Positions 39,496 to 48,854 of a stretch of 64,000 nucleotides of DNA are shown here, piece after piece. Position numbers and translations under genes: made by a program. The notes below the pieces were generated by a model that had not been told where the DNA came from, did no database searches, and was given only the letters and a program-made list of their open reading frames with translations. The DNA lies in contig CBDCFN010000015.1 of the NCBI GenBank assembly GCA_965216315.1, positions 96,001 through 160,000 on the forward strand. Direction: 5' to 3'. The stretch comes from a bacterium. GTDB lineage: Bacteria > UBA10199 > 2-02-FULL-50-16 > JAJFLM01. The number at the start of each line of letters is the position of its first letter. The first letter of the stretch is position 1.

Positions 39496-39647
39496 CAGTT
39501 AATCTCCAATAGCGAACGACGTGAGCGAGAGGGAGAGGCTCCGGAAGCTTTGCTTCTGGAGGGGGCGACGCAAGCCCCTATAAAAGCTCCTTTGACAACA
39601 CGACCGTCTTTCACATCAAGGCAAGGTATTATTCGCTTCGTCAGCAT
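39495..39647 (-). other. 50-codon ORF: duplicated hisF 5' end fused to a palindromic element, stop overlapping the hisF start (TGATG)
   Basis: [50 protein letters not shown]; 39589-39647 matches 39437-39495 at 56/59. Confidence 0.8.
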
Positions 39648-39649
39648 AT

Positions 39650-40372
39650 TTATTGAGCCAATTGAATCGCTTCGGCGAGATCCAAGGTTTCTTCGTAAAG
39701 CGAACGGCCCAGTATGGCTCCCGCGACTCCATCCGATTCTATCGCCTTTAATTTGGCAATATCATCGATTGTCGCGATACCCCCGGAAGCAATGACGGGC
39801 AGGCCACACTCTTGAGCAATAAACTGGGTCGCCGCAAAATTCGGGCCGCTGAGCATACCATCACGGCTGATGTCCGTATAAATGATACAACACGCACCCT
39901 TGTCCTTCATCATCTTAGCGACGTCCACGGCCTTTTGTTCCCCCGTCTCTTGCCAACCGCGTACGGCCACCAACCCGTCCTTCGCATCGATTCCCACCGC
40001 AATCCGCTCGGGAAATTCTTCGTTGAGTTGGGTGATCAACTCGGGTTCTTCCAAGGCCTTGGTCCCCAACACGATGCGACCCGCGCCGAGCGTCAAATAG
40101 ATCTCGGCAATATCCCGCGAGCGGATTCCACCCCCGATCTGGACGGGAACTTCCACTCCCTGCATGATTTGTTCGATGGCGGCCGTATTGACAGGCTTAC
40201 CTTCCAACGCTCCATTGAGGTCAACCACGTGCAACCACTCAGCCCCTTGCTCAACCCATTTCTGAGCCGCCTCGAGGGGATCCTTATAGTAGACGGTCAC
40301 ATCGTCAAAACGCCCCTGCTTGAGGCGGACAGCCTGGCCGTCTTTGAGGTCTATGGCAGGATAGAGGATCAT
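39650..40372 (-). CDS. hisA: ProFAR isomerase
   Basis: PAIDLKDGQAVRL, HVVDLNGA, GGGIR, TDISRDG. Confidence 0.97.
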   Translation of the reverse strand: MILYPAIDLKDGQAVRLKQGRFDDVTVYYKDPLEAAQKWVEQGAEWLHVVDLNGALEGKPVNTAAIEQIMQGVEVPVQIGGGIRSRDIAEIYLTLGAGRIVLGTKALEEPELITQLNEEFPERIAVGIDAKDGLVAVRGWQETGEQKAVDVAKMMKDKGACCIIYTDISRDGMLSGPNFAATQFIAQECGLPVIASGGIATIDDIAKLKAIESDGVAGAILGRSLYEETLDLAEAIQLAQ

Positions 40373-40500
40373 ATTCAGTTCATTCGCGCGGAGTTAATCC
40401 GACGCTCATTCACAATCAGTATCATATTGCTGACATGCTAGGAGATTGCGCCGGGAAAATCAATTTGCCAATCAGCCTTTTCACGGCTAACTATGCGCTT

Positions 40501-41787
40501 ATGCAACAATGGCGGACTCAGCAGCGGGATTTCGAGACTAAATGGTCTCAATTGCTGGAATCGGCCTCCAGCACTGATGCCAGGGTTGAAAAGACGGTTG
40601 CTGCCATCGTTGCGAGCGTGCGACGCAAGGGCGATGCCGCCTTGTTTCGCTATACGAACCAGTTCGATCGCTGCACCCTGGACGCCAGTTCGGTTCGAAT
40701 TTCCAAACGCGATATCACCAAGGCGCTCCGGCAGGTCCCGAATCGTCACCTCACCCTTTTGCGCCGTGCGGCCGGACGCATTCGACGCTATCATCGACAG
40801 CAGAAGACGACTAACTGGAGCCTCAATCAGAGTGGTGCGCGCATGGGCCTGCGCTGGACCCCGCTGGAACGGGTTGGACTCTATGTTCCGGGCGGCAAGG
40901 CCGCCTATCCTTCAACCGTCTTAATGAACGCCATCCCGGCGCAATTGGCCGGCGTCCCGCGGCTCGTGATGGTCACGCCAACACCGGACGGCACTGTCAA
41001 TCCTTATACAATCGCCGCCGCTAAAGTCGTCGGCATCAATGAAATCTATCGCGTCGGCGGCGCCCAAGCCGTCGCGGCCTTGGCCTATGGAACGGAATCC
41101 ATCTCCGCCGTCGACAAAATCGTCGGTCCGGGCAACGCCTATGTCGCCACCGCGAAGCGGCAGGTCTTCGGTAAAGTCGACATCGATATGATCGCAGGGC
41201 CCACCGAGGTCTTAGTGCTCGCTGATGGCACGGCTGATCCCGACTTCATCGCCGCCGATCTCCTCAGCCAAGCCGAGCATGATCCCAACGCGCGACCCGT
41301 CTTAATCACGACCTCACGAGACTTGTTAACTAGCGCAAAAGCGGCTCTCCGACGTCAGTTGAAGAAAACAACCCGCCGGGGCATAGCGACTCGCGCCCTC
41401 ACGAAAAACGGCGTCGCCATCTTGGCCCGGAACCGAAAGGAAGCCATCCGACTGGCCAACGAAATGGCCCCCGAACATCTCTTACTTATCGTCCGCAATA
41501 AGGGTCCCTGGATGCGCGATATCCGCAATGCAGGAGCTATTTTTATCGGTCCCTATTCACCCGTCGCGGCCGGCGATTATCTCGTCGGACCCAACCATGT
41601 CCTCCCTACGGCACGCACGGCCCGTTACGCCTCGCCGCTCGGGGTATACGACTTTGTAAAGGCGTCGAGCTGGCTCGAGTTATCGCGAAAAGGGCTGGCG
41701 CAAGTGTCAAAGGATATAGTACAACTGGCTGAGCTTGAGGGATTGACCGCACACGGTGATTCCGTACGTATTAGACTAGATGAGTAA
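40501..41787 (+). CDS. hisD: Histidinol dehydrogenase
   Basis: GLYVPGG, GPGNAYV, IDMIAGPTE, SQAEHD, APEHL, GPNHVLPT. Confidence 0.97.
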   Translation: MQQWRTQQRDFETKWSQLLESASSTDARVEKTVAAIVASVRRKGDAALFRYTNQFDRCTLDASSVRISKRDITKALRQVPNRHLTLLRRAAGRIRRYHRQQKTTNWSLNQSGARMGLRWTPLERVGLYVPGGKAAYPSTVLMNAIPAQLAGVPRLVMVTPTPDGTVNPYTIAAAKVVGINEIYRVGGAQAVAALAYGTESISAVDKIVGPGNAYVATAKRQVFGKVDIDMIAGPTEVLVLADGTADPDFIAADLLSQAEHDPNARPVLITTSRDLLTSAKAALRRQLKKTTRRGIATRALTKNGVAILARNRKEAIRLANEMAPEHLLLIVRNKGPWMRDIRNAGAIFIGPYSPVAAGDYLVGPNHVLPTARTARYASPLGVYDFVKASSWLELSRKGLAQVSKDIVQLAELEGLTAHGDSVRIRLDE

Positions 41788-41792
41788 TTTGG

Positions 41793-41882
41793 CGCGGGTG
41801 GCACGCGAGAAACTTTTTTAAGAGCGAGTCCCTTCGGGACAAGTGGTTTAAAAAATTGTTTCGAGCCGTGACAGGACCCGCG
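41793..41882. repeat. 90-bp nested imperfect hairpin with TTCG loop between hisD and hisB
   Basis: CGCGGGT/ACCCGCG, CACG/CGTG, GAAAC/GTTTC, TTTTTAA/TTAAAAA, GTCCC-TTC-GGGAC. Confidence 0.6.
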
Positions 41883-41895
41883 AATTGAGATCAAT

Positions 41896-42486
41896 ATGGC
41901 CACACGCAAAGCGCGCATTGAGCGCAAGACCAAAGAGACCGACATCAAACTCGAGATCCAACTCGATGGAACAGGGAGCTACGAGGTCCAGACGCCAATC
42001 CCCTTTTTCAATCACATGCTCGAGCTCTTCGGCAAACACGGCCTTTTTGAGTTCAAGGTCCAGGCCAGCGGAGACGTTGAGGTTGATGATCACCACCTTG
42101 TCGAGGACGTCGGGATATGTCTCGGTGAGGCCTTGCGTGAGGCTCTAGGCGACAAGAAGGGTATTCGCCGTTACGGCTTCTTTACGGTCCCGATGGACGA
42201 AACCCTGACAACGGTCACGGTCGATTTCAGTGATCGTCCGGCCTTTGTTTACAACACGCCTTTGAAAACCGGGCTCATCAAAGAGTTTGACGTCGAATTG
42301 GTCGAACACTTCTTCGAGTCGGTGTGCCAGTCCGCCCGCATCAATTTGCACGTCAATGTCCACTACGGCAAGAACAAGCACCACATCGCCGAGTCGATCT
42401 TTAAGGCTTTCGCCAAGGCGGTCGATGTCGCGACACAGATAGATCCTCGCACGGATGCCGTGCCTTCGACTAAGGGAAAACTGTAG
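41896..42486 (+). CDS. hisB: Imidazoleglycerol-phosphate dehydratase
   Basis: RKTKETDI, DDHHLVED, PMDE, NKHHIAE, PSTKG. Confidence 0.97.
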   Translation: MATRKARIERKTKETDIKLEIQLDGTGSYEVQTPIPFFNHMLELFGKHGLFEFKVQASGDVEVDDHHLVEDVGICLGEALREALGDKKGIRRYGFFTVPMDETLTTVTVDFSDRPAFVYNTPLKTGLIKEFDVELVEHFFESVCQSARINLHVNVHYGKNKHHIAESIFKAFAKAVDVATQIDPRTDAVPSTKGKL

Positions 42487-42499
42487 GGGTGCTGCGCCG

Positions 42500-43108
42500 T
42501 CACAAGGCTACAAAATTCGACAATAGCTTGAGCCCGGCGGTTTGTGACTTTTCCGGGTGAAACTGGCACGCAAACAAGTTCCCGCGAGCCACGCTGGACA
42601 CGAAATTCTTGCCATATTTTGTCCGGGTCGCGACGACACTGCGCTGCGTCGGCACCACATAATAGGAGTGTACAAAGTAAAAATCCGTTCCACTGCGAAT
42701 ACCCTTGAGATAAGGCGTCGCATTGACGCGCTCGATCTGATTCCAACCCATGTGCGGAATCGTATATTTCTTCGGTAATTCAAAGCGTACGACTTTGCCG
42801 GGAAAGACACCGAGACATTTGTGCCGGCCAAATTCGTAACTCTCTTCAAAAAGACATTGAAAACCCAAGCAAATTCCCAGGAAGGGCTTGTCTTGATTAA
42901 TCGTCTCTAAAATTGGATCGATGAGTCGATATTCCTTCAAGTGCTTCATGCAGTCACCGATCGCACCAACACCTGGCAAGACAACCTTATCTGCACGTCG
43001 GATCGTCCGCGGCGAGCGGGTGACAACCGCCTTGCCACCGGCATGCTCGACGGCCTTCTGCACGCTACGCAGGTTCCCCATTCCGTAATCGATAATCGCA
43101 ATCGTCAT
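42500..43108 (-). CDS. hisH: Imidazole glycerol phosphate synthase glutaminase subunit
   Basis: DYGMGNLRSV, GICLG, PHMGWN, FVHSY, QFHPEKS. Confidence 0.97.
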   Translation of the reverse strand: MTIAIIDYGMGNLRSVQKAVEHAGGKAVVTRSPRTIRRADKVVLPGVGAIGDCMKHLKEYRLIDPILETINQDKPFLGICLGFQCLFEESYEFGRHKCLGVFPGKVVRFELPKKYTIPHMGWNQIERVNATPYLKGIRSGTDFYFVHSYYVVPTQRSVVATRTKYGKNFVSSVARGNLFACQFHPEKSQTAGLKLLSNFVAL

Positions 43109-43167
43109 TGAAAGGGGACCTCATCATTTTGAGGATCAGAGGTCAACTTGATAGGGAGAAGTAATGA

Positions 43168-44004
43168 TCAGTCAAATTCCTTCTCTTGAATCGATGCTTG
43201 CAAGATAGTCGTAATCTCTTCGACGCCGGCCCGCGGGTTTTCAGCACACGCAATGTCGAGTTGCTGGCAACGTACCCACAGGTTTTCATCCCAGCTTTCC
43301 AGATGACACCAAGCAATCATAAAGTCGCCGACGGACTCCTCATAACGAACAATAGAACTCTCATCGCACGCTGCTGAGACACGATTTTCTCTCTCGAGGA
43401 CCTTGCGACAGATCTCTGTAAGTTCGTGAATCTGCGCCTGCAACTGCTCACACTCATCCACCTTTCCTTCTGGCCAGTGTGCCAAACGGCATCTCGGCGG
43501 CATTGCATCTGAATCGATTTCAATGACTTGCTTCAAACTCGGCGTCTGTTCGAAGTCTTGACAGATTGTTAACATGCTACCATGGCACCTTTGCTTTAAG
43601 ACACGAAACCATTCCCTTTCGTCGCTGCACACACTCCAGGGCATCTCGTCATCATAGATCTTGAGTCGGCACCTTCTTTCACCGTTCTCTTGCCTGACAT
43701 CAACCGCTTCCCTGAAGGTCGACGAACGGATCTGCTTACACTCACGCAGGCTCGACAGCGTCTCACGCAGATCGTTATACCGCTCGAAATCAACACGCCG
43801 AATCTTCCTTTCAGGATTCGTACTCTCAGTCGCAGGGGGTCGATTGGGAGTCGTGGCAGCCGATTCTGCTGGCACATCGACTTCTGCATCATTCTCGGCC
43901 ATATCAATTGAGGTTGTGTCCAAATTCATTGGAGCCGTGGTCGGACAAGCGGACAGGGAGGTGAAAAAAACCAACGAAGCAACTAAACAGAGAACGCGTA
44001 TCAC
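43168..44004 (-). CDS. Cys-rich lipoprotein with three internal repeats
   Basis: Lipobox LSAC; CRLKIYDDEMPWSVC / CRLAHWPEGKVDEC / CHLESWDENLWVRC. Confidence 0.65.
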   Translation of the reverse strand: MIRVLCLVASLVFFTSLSACPTTAPMNLDTTSIDMAENDAEVDVPAESAATTPNRPPATESTNPERKIRRVDFERYNDLRETLSSLRECKQIRSSTFREAVDVRQENGERRCRLKIYDDEMPWSVCSDEREWFRVLKQRCHGSMLTICQDFEQTPSLKQVIEIDSDAMPPRCRLAHWPEGKVDECEQLQAQIHELTEICRKVLERENRVSAACDESSIVRYEESVGDFMIAWCHLESWDENLWVRCQQLDIACAENPRAGVEEITTILQASIQEKEFD

Positions 44005-44222
44005 TTATTCAGTTTGCCCTATATTCCTAGCTTTGGGAAGACAAAAGCTTTACAAGAATCGACGAACACAATTCAAAAAACCGAACTATTTCCTAATGTT
44101 AGCTTCATCAAGAATCGAAGGTTCGGTCATCTATTTCTGACCTATCCCGATATCAAAAAACCTGTGGTTTTCGACCCGGCAGCAGCGTAAAATCCTATCT
44201 AAGGATAGAGAGGGGGAATGAA

Positions 44223-44612
44223 ATGAAACTGACAATCTACACTTGTCTCGTCTTGTTATGTAGCATCAGCTTATGGTCCGTTCCAGCAGCAGCACAAATG
44301 CCCTTTGAAGATTGCTGTGTAGAAAACTGTGAAGATCTCGGTGGAGGAACCATTTCCTGCAATAACCTGTCTTTGGCGGCGTGTCTTGAACAGATCTTTC
44401 CCGTAACCGCAGCGAGCCGATTGGCTAATGAGGGAAATCGATCCTGTAAAGGCGCGGTAATGGAACATGACGGTGGTCCTTCATTATGTGGTGCTAACGA
44501 AATCGAATGCACAAATGGAGAATCGTCTTGGTGCTGTGAAGACGGCACTGGCTGTGTCGGTGGCTGTGGTCCATTTTTTGGAACATGCACGTTATCCTGC
44601 GGTAGTGGATGA
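44223..44612 (+). CDS. Small secreted Cys-rich protein
   Basis: Signal peptide ending AAA-Q; 14 Cys in the ~105-aa mature part; purine-rich SD. Confidence 0.65.
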   Translation: MKLTIYTCLVLLCSISLWSVPAAAQMPFEDCCVENCEDLGGGTISCNNLSLAACLEQIFPVTAASRLANEGNRSCKGAVMEHDGGPSLCGANEIECTNGESSWCCEDGTGCVGGCGPFFGTCTLSCGSG

Positions 44613-44630
44613 ATTTTAAGCTTTACGGCC

Positions 44631-45887
44631 CTAAAATTTAACTTTGGTTCGCTTAATGCGCGCCCCGAGCTGCCGCAGTTTGTACTCGATGCGGTCATAA
44701 CCGCGGTCAATGTGATAGATGCGATGCACCTCGGTGAGCCCGTCAGCGGCAAGCCCGGCGAGAATCAAGGCCGCCGAGGCGCGAAGGTCTGAAGCCATCA
44801 CCGGCGCACCCGATAATTTTTTGACCCCCGTCACGATCGCACTGTTGCCCTCGATCTTAATATTCGCCCCCATGCGATTGAGTTCGGCGACGTGCATAAA
44901 GCGATTCTCAAAAATATTCTCCGCGATAATACTCGATCCCTCGGCCACACACATCAACGCCATGAATTGGGCCTGAAAATCCGTCGCAAACCCGGGGTAA
45001 GGGGCCGTACTGACATCCGTATAGCGAATGTGGTTCGGCCCTTTGACGCGAATTCCTTCATGAACTTCGGAAAACTCAACGCCAACTTCTTCTAGCTTGG
45101 CTACGAGAGCCTCGACGTGATCCATGCGACCATGCGAGAGCGTGATCGTGCTGCCGGTGATCGCCGCCGCAATCATAAAGGTCCCCATCTCAATGCGATC
45201 CGGAACAATCGAATGAGTCGTCCCTTTAAGGGAATCGACCCCTTGAATACGGATGGTATCCGTGCCAGCGCCTTCAATGATCGCCCCCATCCCTTTCAGA
45301 CATGCGGCGAGATCGGGAATCTCGGGTTCGCGCGCTGCATTCTCAAGCACCGTTTCTCCTTTGGCAAGGCAGGCCGCCATCATGATATTTTCCGTCCCGG
45401 TCACGGTCACATCATCAAAATAAATCTTGGCCCCATGGAGCCGCTTGGCCTTGGCGTAGACATATCCCTCCTTGATATCGATCTCCGCACCCATTTTCTT
45501 GAGGGCATCCAAATGCAGATTGATCGGTCGCGCCCCAATCGCACAACCGCCGGGCAAACTCACTTCGGCCCGGCCCATCCGTGCCAACAGCGGCCCCAAC
45601 GCCAATACGGAGGCACGCATCGTCTTCACTAATTCATACGGCGCCCGCACCTCACTCAACTGTTCCGGGTAAATCGTCAGGTGGCGCCCCCAAGAACAGC
45701 CACCGCCAAATTCTTCGATGAGCCGCAACGTCGTCTTAATATCTTGGAGCTTGGGAATGTTCTGAAATTTACTCGGCTCTTCCGACAACAGCGCCGCAAA
45801 AAGACAGGGCAGTGCCGCATTCTTGGCGCCACTAATCTTGACGGTTCCCTTGAGCTTTTTGCCACCTGCTATGACGATCTTTTGCAT
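44631..45887 (-). CDS. murA: UDP-N-acetylglucosamine 1-carboxyvinyltransferase
   Basis: [29 protein letters not shown]. Confidence 0.98.
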   Translation of the reverse strand: MQKIVIAGGKKLKGTVKISGAKNAALPCLFAALLSEEPSKFQNIPKLQDIKTTLRLIEEFGGGCSWGRHLTIYPEQLSEVRAPYELVKTMRASVLALGPLLARMGRAEVSLPGGCAIGARPINLHLDALKKMGAEIDIKEGYVYAKAKRLHGAKIYFDDVTVTGTENIMMAACLAKGETVLENAAREPEIPDLAACLKGMGAIIEGAGTDTIRIQGVDSLKGTTHSIVPDRIEMGTFMIAAAITGSTITLSHGRMDHVEALVAKLEEVGVEFSEVHEGIRVKGPNHIRYTDVSTAPYPGFATDFQAQFMALMCVAEGSSIIAENIFENRFMHVAELNRMGANIKIEGNSAIVTGVKKLSGAPVMASDLRASAALILAGLAADGLTEVHRIYHIDRGYDRIEYKLRQLGARIKRTKVKF

Positions 45888-45895
45888 ACCCTGCT

Positions 45896-46810
45896 CTAGC
45901 CCATTGCCTTACGGCGCGCAATCACGATTCGATCCTGTCCGGCCAGATCCGCCTTGACCTCGACCGCCTCGCACCAATCCTGCGCACTAAAAAGCGCTTG
46001 AATCGTGCTCCCTTGATCACTTCCTATTTCCCCAACAAAATGGCCTCCCGCTGCCAAACGATCACTGAGCCCGGACACAATCTGGCGATAGACAGCCAGC
46101 CCGTCGGCACCACCATCGAGGGCCTGTTTAGGCTCCCATTCATAAACTTCGATTTGGAGCGTCGCGAGTTCATCGCTGCGTATATAAGGGGGATTAGAAA
46201 CAATTAATGGAAACGTCAGGACGCCGCCTGCTGCGTCCTGACCCGGGAACAAGTCCGTCTCGACAAATTCTATCTGCTCTCCCACTCCGTTCAATTGGGC
46301 ATTCTCACGGGCCAAGGCTAAGGCAGGCAATGAAGTATCTGTCGCGATAATTTTGACATCCGGTACGTTCTTGGCCAACGCGATTGCGATGCATCCGGAA
46401 CCGGTACCGATGTCGAGGACCTCTCCCGACCGCCTCTCGGCAGCTACCCTCTCCTTACCAAGGAGAGGGGCTGGGGGTGAGGTCTTCAACGCCTCTTCGA
46501 CTAACAATTCTGTCTCCGGCCGCGGAATCAAGACGTCCGCATTGAGCCGAATGGGCAGTCCATAAAATTCCGTATCGCCCATAATATATTGCAGTGGTTC
46601 ACGCCGCGCGCGGCGTTCGACATAGCTGCGATACTGAGCTAATTCTTTGGCCTGGACAGGCCTGTTATACTGGGCATAGAGGTCAATCCGCTGACAACCC
46701 AAGGTCGCCGCCAGCAGATGCTCGGCATCCAAACGTGGATTGGGAACGTCTTTCTTTGCAAAAAAATCCGCCGTCCATTCGATTAATTTCAATGACGTCC
46801 ATTGCTCCAT
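45896..46810 (-). CDS. prmC: Release factor glutamine methyltransferase, with in-frame palindromic insertions
   Basis: REPLQYI, LIPRPETE, LDIGTGSG, SNPPY. Confidence 0.95.
   Translation of the reverse strand: MEQWTSLKLIEWTADFFAKKDVPNPRLDAEHLLAATLGCQRIDLYAQYNRPVQAKELAQYRSYVERRARREPLQYIMGDTEFYGLPIRLNADVLIPRPETELLVEEALKTSPPAPLLGKERVAAERRSGEVLDIGTGSGCIAIALAKNVPDVKIIATDTSLPALALARENAQLNGVGEQIEFVETDLFPGQDAAGGVLTFPLIVSNPPYIRSDELATLQIEVYEWEPKQALDGGADGLAVYRQIVSGLSDRLAAGGHFVGEIGSDQGSTIQALFSAQDWCEAVEVKADLAGQDRIVIARRKAMG
46418..46484. repeat. Palindromic element inserted in frame in prmC
   Basis: GACCTCTCCC...CCCTCTCCTT-ACC-AAGGAGAGGG...GGGTGAGGTC; encodes TSPPAPLLGKERVAAERRSGEV. Confidence 0.75.
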
Positions 46811-46815
46811 AATCA

Positions 46816-47880
46816 CTACGCCTCGGCCTTGAGGGCTTCGGCTTGAAAAAAAGTCCGCAACGAAACGATCACTTCTTCCAGTTCCCCTTCCATCACCCGA
46901 TCTAATTTTTTTAAAGTGAGACCGATGCGATGATCCGTGACTCGATTCTGCGGATAATTATAAGTGCGAATTTTTTCAGAACGATCGCCCGATCCCACCA
47001 TCCCTTTTCGAGTCTCGCGTCGCTCGGACGCCAACTTCTCTTCTTCGGCCGCCAGCAAACGACTCTTAAGAACCTTGAGGGCCTTGGCCTTATTCTTGAT
47101 TTGGGAACGCTCATCGCGACAGGTCACGACCACTCCCGTCGGTTTATGCGTAATGCGCACGGCGGAGTCCGTCGTATTGACGCCTTGACCACCGGGGCCT
47201 GAGGCCCGAAAAACATCAATTTGCAGATCATCGTCTTTGACGGCGATGTCGACATCCTCGGCCTCTGCCAGTACGGCTACCGAAACGGCTGAGGTATGAA
47301 CACGTCCCTGCGACTCTGTCTCCGGCACACGTTGGACGCGATGCACGCCACTCTCGTATTTAAAATCACTATAGACGTGATCCCCGTTAATAATCGCAAT
47401 CGCCTCTTTAAAACCGCCGACCGTCCCCTCGCTCACATCCGTCAGTTGAATACTCCAGCCTTTGGATTCGCAGTATCGTTGATACATACGCAACAGGTCG
47501 GCAACAAAGAGACAAGCCTCATCCCCCCCGGTCCCGGCACGGATTTCCAAAATAACATTCTTGTCGTCATGCGGATCCTTAGGCAGCAGGAGGATCTTCA
47601 GCTCTTCTTCGAGTGCGGTCTTACGCGTTTCCAGGTCCGGAATCTCCGCCTTGGCAAGCTCGCGCATTTCTTCGTCGGAATCTTTGAGTAATCCCCTGTT
47701 GTCATCTAACTCCTGCTCGACCTTTTTATATTCACGATACGTCGCCACCAGCTCGCGCATCGACGCGTGCTCTTTGGCGATTTTTTTGTAGGCGTTTTGA
47801 TCCTGGACAATATTGGGATCTTGCAACTGTTGATCGAGCGCATCAAACTTGGCTTCGATATCTGCAAGTTTCTCGAGCAT
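46816..47880 (-). CDS. prfA: Peptide chain release factor 1
   Basis: EIRAGTGG, PET motif (VQRVPETE), GGQ, RTYNYPQ. Confidence 0.98.
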   Translation of the reverse strand: MLEKLADIEAKFDALDQQLQDPNIVQDQNAYKKIAKEHASMRELVATYREYKKVEQELDDNRGLLKDSDEEMRELAKAEIPDLETRKTALEEELKILLLPKDPHDDKNVILEIRAGTGGDEACLFVADLLRMYQRYCESKGWSIQLTDVSEGTVGGFKEAIAIINGDHVYSDFKYESGVHRVQRVPETESQGRVHTSAVSVAVLAEAEDVDIAVKDDDLQIDVFRASGPGGQGVNTTDSAVRITHKPTGVVVTCRDERSQIKNKAKALKVLKSRLLAAEEEKLASERRETRKGMVGSGDRSEKIRTYNYPQNRVTDHRIGLTLKKLDRVMEGELEEVIVSLRTFFQAEALKAEA

Positions 47881-47968
47881 CTTATTGGGGTCCCCGTTTG
47901 CCGTGGAATGTGGCTACTCGCATCATTGATAATCTTTGGCCCCGGCTCCGATGAACCCCAAGCCCCAC

Positions 47969-47998
47969 GTCAAAGACCGGCAAAGCCGGATCTTTGAC
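47969..47998. terminator. Hairpin downstream of rpmE
   Basis: GTCAAAGACCGGC-AAA-GCCGGATCTTTGAC. Confidence 0.55.
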
Positions 47999-48013
47999 TT
48001 TGCCAATACAGCG

Positions 48014-48247
48014 CTAACTTTCTTTGGTTTCTTTGGCTGATTTGCCGCTTTGTTTTGCGTAACGCTGGCGGAAACGCTCAACACGTCCGGCGGTATCGAC
48101 GAGCTTTTGCTTGCCGGTAAAGAAGGGATGGCAGGCCGAGCAGATCGCGATCGATTGATCGTCGGTGGTCGAATAGGTCTCGATCACATTGCCGCAGGCA
48201 CAATTGACCTTGGTCGGTTTATATTCTGGATGAATCCCTTCACGCAT
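48014..48247 (-). CDS. rpmE: 50S ribosomal protein L31 (Cys-containing, Zn-binding type)
   Basis: [26 protein letters not shown]. Confidence 0.97.
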   Translation of the reverse strand: MREGIHPEYKPTKVNCACGNVIETYSTTDDQSIAICSACHPFFTGKQKLVDTAGRVERFRQRYAKQSGKSAKETKES

Positions 48248-48315
48248 AGGCGGGGAGGAGTATCAGTTGAGTCTTAGATTTTCAAGCGAATTTAAAGGGT
48301 TTTTAGGGGGTTTGC

Positions 48316-48633
48316 TTAGCTTTCAATATTTTCGGCAAGAATTTGCTGGAGCAAGGCATCTTCGGGGCGACTGGCCTTAATATGTCTCCCGCCGGCTTGG
48401 AGGCCTTGGAGGCCGGCAACAGAACGCGGCGCCGGCGCGCTCATCGTGAAATTATCACCGCGCTTCTTGGTCGCAACGGTCTCAGGGTCAACCCTCAGGC
48501 CCAGTTTGACCAACATCCGCTGGGTCCAAGTCGTGCGCTGAGGCGTTTCCGACTCAACATTCCGCTGGTAGGCGTACTGATTATTTTGTGCGCCGGTCAG
48601 AAACCCATTCGTGTAGACGTTATTACCTGCCAT
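48316..48633 (-). CDS. Hypothetical protein, 105 aa, N/Q-rich N-terminus
   Basis: ORF directly downstream of a sigma54 promoter and AAGGG SD. Confidence 0.65.
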   Translation of the reverse strand: MAGNNVYTNGFLTGAQNNQYAYQRNVESETPQRTTWTQRMLVKLGLRVDPETVATKKRGDNFTMSAPAPRSVAGLQGLQAGGRHIKASRPEDALLQQILAENIES

Positions 48634-48648
48634 TTCACCCTTCTATAA

Positions 48649-48664
48649 AGCAAAGCCCGTGCCA
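48649..48664 (-). promoter_or_regulatory. Sigma54 (-24/-12) promoter
   Basis: Minus strand TGGCAC-GGGCT-TTGCT, 15 nt before ATG. Confidence 0.8.
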
Positions 48665-48854
48665 ATTACCCCTAGAACTCGCTATTTTTTAATACCTGTA
48701 AGTGGCTGTAATTAATGGATTTTATTGGAAAACTGTGGACTAACTGGCATGCACACCACCCCCAAACGTCCTAAAATGGGGTATCAGGACTCCACATTGG
48801 GACTCGTGACCTCGATTGACAGCAGGGCGGCCTCCAAGGGAAAACTCACAGACG

